A stretch of DNA of 40,754 bases, taken from UHGV virus genome UHGV-1365945; one strand, written 5' to 3'. The notes under the pieces are model-generated. The model searched no databases. It was not told the origin of the DNA and saw nothing but the letters and a program-made list of their open reading frames with translations. A program made the position numbers and the translations under genes. Positions 34,774 to 40,754 of the stretch are shown here, one piece after another; the first letter of the stretch is position 1; every line of letters starts with the position of its first letter. Source of the DNA: a virus.

Positions 34774-37158
34774 ATGGCTATTGAACAAATCAAAGAAACA
34801 GATACGCTGAATCAAGGTCGAATTAAAATTAATGCGATTTTAGATCAATCAAACGCTTCAACTGAAAAAGTAGATGCTTATCAAGAAGAATTAAAAAATG
34901 GTATTAATGATGCGAAGAAAATAGCTGATACTGCAGGTAAAGAAGCTATTAGAATTGCAGAAGAAGCAGGGAATCAAGCGAATGAAACGGCGAATCAAGC
35001 AATGGCAAATTCACAAACAGCCATTAATACGTCAAACCAAGCTGTTTCCACTGCAAATAATAATAAACAAGAATTTGATGCATTAAGAAACGATTTTGAT
35101 AAGTTAGTCGGTGAAGCAGGTGATAGCAATCCAGAAATTGTGCAAGCGAGAACAGACACTCAAGGAGTCACACGAACAACGTTAGCAGCACGCTTACAAT
35201 CTGATTTTAATGATCGAATGACTAAAACAGAAGGCGTTTCACTACTTTCTGGTATAACTAATGTGAAAGTTCCTATGGATTTTAACGGTAAAACAGCTGG
35301 AAATACAGCGACAAATGCAAATAAATATTTCACAGATGTGACAGCAAAATCATTAAAAAAACCAAAAGATACATGGAATGAAGTGTCTCAAACTGACTAC
35401 AATAAATTAGTTAGTAGAAACGATTCAGGAGTTAGTAGCGGTTCAACACAAAATGGTATTATTCCTCAACAGCTAGGGGAATTCAATGCATTAGAGGCTG
35501 CTAAGCGCTTAGTTCCTCAATTGTTTAAAGATTTGAATTTAGATGAATCTGTTAAATTATTAAAAAATAATTTTGTTTCTTTTACTATTAGTGAGCGAGT
35601 AAAGGCTTCTTCCCCCAATAATAAAACAATAAAAGTTTCTACTTATATTGAGTCAACAGATTCTTGGTCCACTCAAATCCAAGAACCTGTTGACGAATAT
35701 AAAGATTTATCAATTCAAGTTACTGATAATAATTTCATAACAAGTGATGGAATTATTTATATCATTAATTACACGGATCCGAGTAATGGAGTTACTACTT
35801 CAACGCTTGATGTAGATTATGTATCCATACAATTTGAAATTAGTATTGATGCTCAATCTGTTTTAGAAAAAAGTGGATTTATTAAAGAAAAAAGATTAAA
35901 TGAACATATTGAAGATAATAGTAATCCTCATAAAGTGACGTCTGCGCAAGTAGGTTTGGGAAATGTTGACAATTATAACACGGCAACACAATCATCCGCA
36001 GAAAAAGGCGAATCAAATACTGAATTCATGACACCTTTCACAACGAAAAAATACTATTTAAATGAGACCAAAACACATCGTCAAAGATGGAAGGAAGGGT
36101 TGAATTGGATTGCCCATCGAGGAAACAATACAGAATATCCAGAAAACTCCATTCCAGCATTTAAAACGGTTCGACGTCATTGGGGTATCGAAACGGATAT
36201 TCAGGTCACAAGCGATGGTCAGTGGGTTGTCATGCATGATGAAACAGTGGACCGCACAACAAATGGCACTGGTAAAGTTTCATCAATGACATTATCGCAA
36301 TTTAGAAATTTAAGAATTGATGCTGGTGCTAATGTTTCTAAGTTATCAGATGAAGAGAGAATACCACCGACACTTGATGACTACTTATCAATTTGCAAAC
36401 AAATTAATAAGGTACCTATTATAGAAATAAAAAACAACGAGTATAGTACTGCTAATTATGCGTTATTGAAAGATACATTGAATCTATATGGATTTGATGA
36501 ATTTAATTGCGTAATAGGTTCTTTCTCATATGCGGTTTTAAATGTAATTAGATCTATGTACCCAAATATGGAGCTTCATTATTTTGTTAATGAGATAAAT
36601 ACGAATGTAATAAATGAATTAAAAAACCTATCAATTCCAGCAGTATGTAGTTGCATTTTTAACAATGCTAGTGTCAATTCTACAAATGTTAAAAATCTTC
36701 ATTCTTTAGGCATGAAGATAGGTACTTGGACAGTTCCAGAAAACAAGTTTGCAGATATGACTAAATTAGGTATAGACTATATCACCACCAATTCATTATC
36801 TGGAAATCAAAAATACGCTAAGTTGAGTTATCAAAACGGATTTGTTGATAATCAAGGTATTACTGATGCTAGTTATGTTGAAGAATTAGTAGGGGGCGGA
36901 ATCCATATTAACTTTAATGTTGAAAAGGGTGGTAATACTCAAAACACTGTTATAGCAAACCTGCCTGACTGGGCTATTCCTTTGAAAAGCCAATATTCAC
37001 AATGCGGAATACGTACTTCTAGCGGCGTGGCGTTAGGAACGTTTGATATTAGAGGTAGAACAGCACCTACTGGAGTTGTTGCAGGAACTTTGTCTGTGGG
37101 GCTAAACTGGAGCGGTCGATCAAGTTGGGCAGCAGGATCAACTGTATATGCAGTATAA
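34774..37158 (+). CDS. Receptor-binding / tail fibre protein with a C-terminal glycerophosphodiester phosphodiesterase (GDPD) domain
   Basis: Coiled-coil N-terminal region; GDPD motifs IAHRGNNTEYPENSIPAFKTVRRHWGIETDIQVTSDGQWVVMHDETVDRTTNGTGKV. Start at ATG 34774 (RBS AGGAGTG). Confidence 0.75.
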   Translation: MAIEQIKETDTLNQGRIKINAILDQSNASTEKVDAYQEELKNGINDAKKIADTAGKEAIRIAEEAGNQANETANQAMANSQTAINTSNQAVSTANNNKQEFDALRNDFDKLVGEAGDSNPEIVQARTDTQGVTRTTLAARLQSDFNDRMTKTEGVSLLSGITNVKVPMDFNGKTAGNTATNANKYFTDVTAKSLKKPKDTWNEVSQTDYNKLVSRNDSGVSSGSTQNGIIPQQLGEFNALEAAKRLVPQLFKDLNLDESVKLLKNNFVSFTISERVKASSPNNKTIKVSTYIESTDSWSTQIQEPVDEYKDLSIQVTDNNFITSDGIIYIINYTDPSNGVTTSTLDVDYVSIQFEISIDAQSVLEKSGFIKEKRLNEHIEDNSNPHKVTSAQVGLGNVDNYNTATQSSAEKGESNTEFMTPFTTKKYYLNETKTHRQRWKEGLNWIAHRGNNTEYPENSIPAFKTVRRHWGIETDIQVTSDGQWVVMHDETVDRTTNGTGKVSSMTLSQFRNLRIDAGANVSKLSDEERIPPTLDDYLSICKQINKVPIIEIKNNEYSTANYALLKDTLNLYGFDEFNCVIGSFSYAVLNVIRSMYPNMELHYFVNEINTNVINELKNLSIPAVCSCIFNNASVNSTNVKNLHSLGMKIGTWTVPENKFADMTKLGIDYITTNSLSGNQKYAKLSYQNGFVDNQGITDASYVEELVGGGIHINFNVEKGGNTQNTVIANLPDWAIPLKSQYSQCGIRTSSGVALGTFDIRGRTAPTGVVAGTLSVGLNWSGRSSWAAGSTVYAV

Positions 37159-37257
37159 GTCCAAATCAATTAAAGTAAAATCAAAATTTAATTTAAATAT
37201 TTATAAGAGACCGTTTAGCAAAAGCTAGGCGGTTTTTATTATTGGAAGGTGGAAAAT

Positions 37258-37662
37258 ATGGTGATTATTGATAATCAAGCGTTGATACTAGAATTCAAGA
37301 ATATGATTTCTAACGGTTTTATTCAGGTGTTTGTCTGGATTGTGTTAGGGGATATCTTAACAGGATTATGTAAAGGTATTTTCATTAAGGAAGGAAATAG
37401 CACAAAAGGATTGCTAGGATTAGTAAAACATTTATTAGTGGTCTGCTTAATAAGCGTTGCTTATCCATACTTGAAAATCATGGGTCTAGAATCAATCGCT
37501 ACTGGATTTGTCTTATTTTATATAGCAGTGTATGGCATTTCCATTATTGAAAACTTAGGGCAGTTAGGCGTTCCCTTTCCTTCATGGGTTAAGGAACATT
37601 TAAGTAAATTAAAAGATGAAAATGATAAAGGTGGTGAACCTAAAGATGGTGCAAGTGATTAA
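37258..37662 (+). CDS. Holin
   Basis: Small protein with several TM segments immediately upstream of, and overlapping, the endolysin gene. RBS GGAAGGTGG. Confidence 0.7.
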   Translation: MVIIDNQALILEFKNMISNGFIQVFVWIVLGDILTGLCKGIFIKEGNSTKGLLGLVKHLLVVCLISVAYPYLKIMGLESIATGFVLFYIAVYGISIIENLGQLGVPFPSWVKEHLSKLKDENDKGGEPKDGASD

Positions 37663-38479
37663 TCAATCTGTTTGCAGTGGGATTGCTGGGAGACGTCCTA
37701 ATGCAACGCCAAAAGGTGTTGTCATTCATAATGATGCCGGAAGTATTTATGCGACCGCTGCACAGTATGTTAATGCCTTGGCTGTAATGTCTCCTACACA
37801 ACTGGCGAATGGTTTTGCTCATTATTATATTGATCGAAATACAATTGCACGTGTAGAAGATACATTCAATGCAGCATGGCACACAGCGAATCCAGAGGGG
37901 AATTTGAACTATGTTGGCTATGAAGTATGTCAATCAATGGGTGCTAGCGATGCCGATTTTTTAGCTAATGAACAAATGACATTTAAACAAGTTGCTGAAG
38001 ATATGAAGTTTTGGGGAATGTACCCTAATAGAGATACTGTAAGATTACACAAAGAATTTGTTCCTACGGCATGTCCTCACCGTTCCTGGGAATTGCATGG
38101 AAAAGAAACAAATGCTGTAAAAGACTATTTTATTAGCCAAATAAAAAAATATATGAGCAATCCAAACGAAGGCAATGGCGATTCAAATAATAACAATCAA
38201 AATAATATAAAAGGTGGAGAAACGACTATGCAATGTTTATACGAAAGACCAATTAATTCAAAAACAGGTAAACTAGAATGGAATGGAGATGCTTGGACAG
38301 TAATGTTTTGTAACGGAGTTAACACAAGACGTGTCTCTCATCCAGATGAAATGAAAGTCATTGAGGACTTATACAAGAAAAACAATGGCAAAGATATTCC
38401 TTTCTATGGACAAGATAAATGGAACAAAAATGCGCCTTGGTATAATCGCTTAGAAGCTATGTTTCTAGTCGTAAAATAA
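37646..38479 (+). CDS. Endolysin: N-acetylmuramoyl-L-alanine amidase (Amidase_2/PGRP-type) with a C-terminal cell-wall-binding region
   Basis: GIAGRRPNATPKGVVIHNDAGS...HYYIDRN...HTANPEGN...CPHR motifs. Start ATG 37646 (RBS GGTGGTG). Confidence 0.85.
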   Translation: MVQVINQSVCSGIAGRRPNATPKGVVIHNDAGSIYATAAQYVNALAVMSPTQLANGFAHYYIDRNTIARVEDTFNAAWHTANPEGNLNYVGYEVCQSMGASDADFLANEQMTFKQVAEDMKFWGMYPNRDTVRLHKEFVPTACPHRSWELHGKETNAVKDYFISQIKKYMSNPNEGNGDSNNNNQNNIKGGETTMQCLYERPINSKTGKLEWNGDAWTVMFCNGVNTRRVSHPDEMKVIEDLYKKNNGKDIPFYGQDKWNKNAPWYNRLEAMFLVVK

Positions 38480-38484
38480 TTTGA

Positions 38485-38511
38485 AGAGCTTGGGAATAAT
38501 ATCCCAAGCTC
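38485..38511. terminator. Bidirectional terminator hairpin GAGCTTGGGA-ataata-TCCCAAGCTC between the endolysin and the convergent accessory gene
   Basis: Perfect 10-bp stem. Confidence 0.65.
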
Positions 38512-38522
38512 TAATACATATA

Positions 38523-39092
38523 TTAATTCAATATTTTATCTTTAAAATATGGAATAAGCTTTCTTTCTGACTTGATTTTTGTTTTATTTATGTTGCCATA
38601 TCTGCCATTGTACTTTAATGAAATATTTCCGTCACCATAACCTGTAGAAGCCTTTAATTCGTAATTTGGTATATTTTCGCTTTCAAGGTAGGCTATTTTA
38701 AAAACATCACCAGGTTCTAAAGACTTTTTAATTCCAGTTGATTTGTATTTAGGTGAGTTGTCTTTTTCCATAGATTCAAATTTTAAAATTTCAATAGTCA
38801 TTGGAATTTCTAAAGAAGAAACTAAAACTACTTTATTTGGTTCTTTGTCTAGATTTACTTCATCGACTATGTTATTACTATAAGGTTCGTCTTTAGAAAC
38901 AAAAGGGTAAAACTCTACTGAGATATCTTCATAGTATGTTTTGTTCAAACAGAAACCTAATACGATGATAGTAAATGATATGGCTACTTTAACCACTTTC
39001 GAAATAGAATTGTTATGTTTTTTGTACCAGCTTGTAAACTTATTTGTAGTTACCTTTATTTTCGTTAACATAAAATCATCCTTTTTAAACAA
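38523..39092 (-). CDS. AT-rich accessory membrane-anchored protein (189 aa); candidate exclusion/abortive-infection-type moron
   Basis: N-terminal TM segment VVKVAISFTIIVLGFCL. Lys/Asn-rich, low-GC gene at the prophage end, downstream of an HTH gene. Confidence 0.6.
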   Translation of the reverse strand: MFKKDDFMLTKIKVTTNKFTSWYKKHNNSISKVVKVAISFTIIVLGFCLNKTYYEDISVEFYPFVSKDEPYSNNIVDEVNLDKEPNKVVLVSSLEIPMTIEILKFESMEKDNSPKYKSTGIKKSLEPGDVFKIAYLESENIPNYELKASTGYGDGNISLKYNGRYGNINKTKIKSERKLIPYFKDKILN

Positions 39093-39120
39093 TTATTAAT
39101 TATAGGATGTATTCTGACCT

Positions 39121-39321
39121 TTAAAATTCAATTTTATCTTTAATTAATTTATCAAAATACTTCACTAACAATTCAGCTTTGCCCAGACCGATATTTTCAA
39201 TAGCAGTTTTTCCACTTCTGATTTTGTCGATGTATTGCGTGCTGATTCCAGTTTCTTTTGCAATACGATAGCTCGTTAAATCCATGTCTATTAATTTTTC
39301 GATTTTTTCAGTGTAAGTCAT
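39121..39321 (-). CDS. XRE-family HTH transcriptional regulator (66 aa)
   Basis: LTSYRIAKETGISTQYIDKIRSGK is a helix-turn-helix. Confidence 0.65.
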   Translation of the reverse strand: MTYTEKIEKLIDMDLTSYRIAKETGISTQYIDKIRSGKTAIENIGLGKAELLVKYFDKLIKDKIEF

Positions 39322-39329
39322 TTAATCAA

Positions 39330-39477
39330 CTACTTTCTTTTGCTTAATATGCCTACAATTAACAAGATTACCAAGTAAGTAATCCAGTTAATCACATTGA
39401 AAACTGTAAGTCCTAAACCAACTAATACAACAGCAAGTAATGTTAATCCGTAAGCTTTATTTTTCATATTATTCATG
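39330..39477 (-). CDS. Small two-segment hydrophobic peptide (~49 aa, MNNMKNKAYGLTLLAVVLVGLGLTVFNVINWITYLVILLIVGILSKRK)
   Basis: ORF not in the track (too short). Lies between the Fst-like gene and the HTH gene on the same strand. Confidence 0.35.
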
Positions 39478-39497
39478 CTAGAATTAATTTATAGAAA

Positions 39498-39513
39498 GGG
39501 AGCCTTAGCTCCC
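39498..39513. terminator. Hairpin GGGAGC-ctta-GCTCCC immediately 3' of the Fst-like peptide gene (bidirectional terminator-like)
   Basis: Perfect 6-bp stem with AT-rich flanks on both sides. Confidence 0.5.
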
Positions 39514-39524
39514 AATCATTATTC

Positions 39525-39626
39525 TTATTTGTCGTCGTTATCGTCTTTTAAAAGTTCTTTTACAATTTTTGCGGATTGGAGAACTCCTAGGACGATTGCG
39601 ACGGCTTTTCCTATATCGTCTAGCAC
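39525..39626 (-). CDS. Fst/Ldr-like type I toxin peptide (33 aa: (V/M)LDDIGKAVAIVLGVLQSAKIVKELLKDDNDDK)
   Basis: GTG start 8 nt after AGGAGG, a strong promoter and a 3' hairpin. Hydrophobic core AIVLGVL resembles the Fst PIFVGLVL region. Acidic C-terminal tail, as in Fst (33 aa, ...DEEDDSRK). Confidence 0.5.
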   Translation of the reverse strand: MLDDIGKAVAIVLGVLQSAKIVKELLKDDNDDK

Positions 39627-39653
39627 ATGTTTCACCTCCTTAACTATATTCAT

Positions 39654-39682
39654 ATTATACAACTGTAGTTGTATAAAGTCAA
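39654..39682 (-). promoter_or_regulatory. Strong sigma-A-type promoter (TTGACT-17-TATAAT) for the minus-strand cassette, with a 22-bp palindrome TTATACAACTGTAGTTGTATAA filling the spacer (operator)
   Basis: Consensus-like hexamers with a 17-nt spacer. A perfect inverted repeat occupies the spacer. Confidence 0.6.
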
Positions 39683-39721
39683 TAGTTATCTTAAAAAGAT
39701 TTGAATTTTAACGATTCTTTC

Positions 39722-39750
39722 TTGAAAAAACAAACTTATGTTCGTATAAT
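39722..39750 (+). promoter_or_regulatory. Promoter TTGAAA-17-TATAAT for gene 39775..40260
   Basis: Consensus-like hexamers and spacing; RBS GGAGAG follows. Confidence 0.55.
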
Positions 39751-39774
39751 GTTTTCGATAGGAGAGTGTATCAG

Positions 39775-40260
39775 ATGGTGAGACGAACTAAAAAAGAGTT
39801 TAAACCTTACAATGATTATGTTGACAGGCCATTTGAACTAAAGTGGCCAACGGCGTTTCCGTTAGGCGAATTAACTGAAGCAATAAAGAGCACTGATGAA
39901 TATCACGCTCGAAATATTGAGAGACTACCACAACAATCCCAAAACCAAATAGAATATTTTTTAGACCGCTCAATTAAACATAATAAGGTACTAGAGATTC
40001 AATTGAATTCGTTAGATGAATATGACCGTGTGAAACCACATGTTTTTGGTGTTTTTCGTGGAATGGCTGAGTTTGATGTTGTTCTAATTGGTGAACAAGA
40101 AATCGATTTTTACGACATAAGACATATTCAGATTCATAACTTCACGAAATGGAGTGAAGAGCATGTGACTGAAGAAAATCCATTCGACGAAGAACAAGAA
40201 CGCTGCGAAACAATAGATGAATTCGTAGATGAATATTTTGATGATGAATGGATAGAATAA
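39775..40260 (+). CDS. Hypothetical acidic protein (~161 aa)
   Basis: ATG 39775 with a GGAGAG RBS. Strong terminator downstream. Confidence 0.5.
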   Translation: MVRRTKKEFKPYNDYVDRPFELKWPTAFPLGELTEAIKSTDEYHARNIERLPQQSQNQIEYFLDRSIKHNKVLEIQLNSLDEYDRVKPHVFGVFRGMAEFDVVLIGEQEIDFYDIRHIQIHNFTKWSEEHVTEENPFDEEQERCETIDEFVDEYFDDEWIE

Positions 40261-40261
40261 T

Positions 40262-40298
40262 AAAACCCCAACTCTTATCTTGAGTTGGGGTTTTATTT
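40262..40298. terminator. Bidirectional rho-independent terminator AAAACCCCAACTC-ttatctt-GAGTTGGGGTTTT
   Basis: Perfect 11-bp GC-rich stem flanked by A and T runs. Confidence 0.8.
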
Positions 40299-40546
40299 TA
40301 TGCAAGTATCAAAGATTTTCGGACAAGTATTTTATCAATTACTAATTGCTTTCGTTTGTTTTGATGGCCAAAAACGGCGAGCTCAGTTCCTTCAACAGTC
40401 ATTAATAATAAATTTGCTAGCTCTTGCTTTGAGACAATACAATTGACAGTCTCATTATGCGTGACTAAAGAAAACCTAACTAGCATTTTTGGGTACATGC
40501 TTAGCATTCTAATCTTTTCAACTACTCCTACATAATTAGTTTTCAT
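40298..40546 (-). CDS. Hypothetical protein (~82 aa)
   Basis: ATG 40546 with RBS AGGAGGG. Promoter-like TAGACA-18-TATAAT upstream, inside the right-end repeat. Confidence 0.45.
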   Translation of the reverse strand: MKTNYVGVVEKIRMLSMYPKMLVRFSLVTHNETVNCIVSKQELANLLLMTVEGTELAVFGHQNKRKQLVIDKILVRKSLILA

Positions 40547-40630
40547 TATATCGCCCTCCTGATAATACAATTATACCGAATGTACGTTCGTGTTGTCTAT
40601 CGTTTTACACAACTGTAATATTTTGGGAGG

Positions 40631-40650
40631 AAGGGGCAAAAAAGGGGCAA
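40631..40650. repeat. attR candidate core AAGGGGCAAAAAAGGGGCAA, a direct repeat of 82-101
   Basis: 18/20 identity with the left-end copy. The downstream flank has host-like promoter elements (TTTACA-16-TAAAAT). Confidence 0.5.
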
Positions 40651-40754
40651 AAGTTGTAAAAGGTTGTAAAAAATTATATGGTATTAAATTATAATATTAT
40701 TGATTTACTAGTGTTTTTACAAGGTTATAAATAGTCGTAAAATACGCTTGAAAG

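Larger units (their letters stand above)
82..40650. mobile_element. Integrated temperate siphovirus-like prophage (~40.5 kb) bounded by imperfect direct repeats
   Basis: Complete modular gene order int-repressor-cro-replication-late regulator-terminase-head-tail-lysis. 20-bp near-identical repeats (18/20) at both ends, with the integrase abutting the left repeat. The flanks look host-like: a terminator hairpin at 44-66 on the left and promoter-like -35/-10 elements after 40655 on the right. Confidence 0.75.

Noticed and set aside
39475-39711. Plus-strand ORF (78 aa) listed in the six-frame track
   Set aside because: No RBS and odd composition. It is exactly antisense to a minus-strand unit with a consensus promoter, AGGAGG RBS and terminator (the Fst-like peptide), so it is most likely spurious.

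Overview
Nearly the whole 40.7-kb window is one integrated temperate siphovirus-type prophage of a low-GC Gram-positive host (about 35% GC, AGGAGG-type ribosome-binding sites, lipobox lipoprotein). Its likely ends are a 20-bp imperfect direct repeat (AAGGGGCA-N3-AAAGGGGCAA) at 82-101 and 40631-40650. Reading left to right: a minus-strand lysogeny module (tyrosine integrase, small basic protein, lipoprotein, ImmA-like protein, cI-like repressor); a divergent operator/promoter switch; then a plus-strand early region (Cro-like, KilAC antirepressor, ERF recombinase, HNH protein, replisome organizer with internal ori iterons, many small hypothetical genes). An AT-rich regulatory interval follows with an ArpU-type late regulator, a phage-borne tRNA-Trp(CCA) and a repeated hairpin family, then a ParB-like nuclease gene pair. 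The late region runs terminase small/large, SPP1-like portal and head-morphogenesis proteins, scaffold, major capsid, connectors, major tail, an Ig-like protein, G/GT chaperones, tape measure, Dit and Tal-like proteins, a receptor-binding protein with a GDPD domain, and holin/amidase lysis genes. A minus-strand accessory cassette lies between the lysin and attR. The most notable observations are: (i) two -1 programmed frameshift signals that append homologous ~20-aa C-terminal extensions to both the major capsid and the major tail protein, each with a downstream stem-loop showing covariation; (ii) an Fst/Ldr-like type I toxin mini-gene with its own strong promoter, a palindromic operator and a bidirectional terminator, heading a cassette of small membrane peptide, HTH regulator and AT-rich membrane protein; (iii) histidine-triad (HxH) octad repeats in the Tal-like tail protein; (iv) a 10-bp palindrome, GTAACGTTAC, shared between the replication-origin iterons and a tandem repeat inside terS; (v) a tRNA-Trp embedded in a structured non-coding interval with recurring CTACCTAG/CTAGGTAG hairpins and a candidate minus-strand small RNA.
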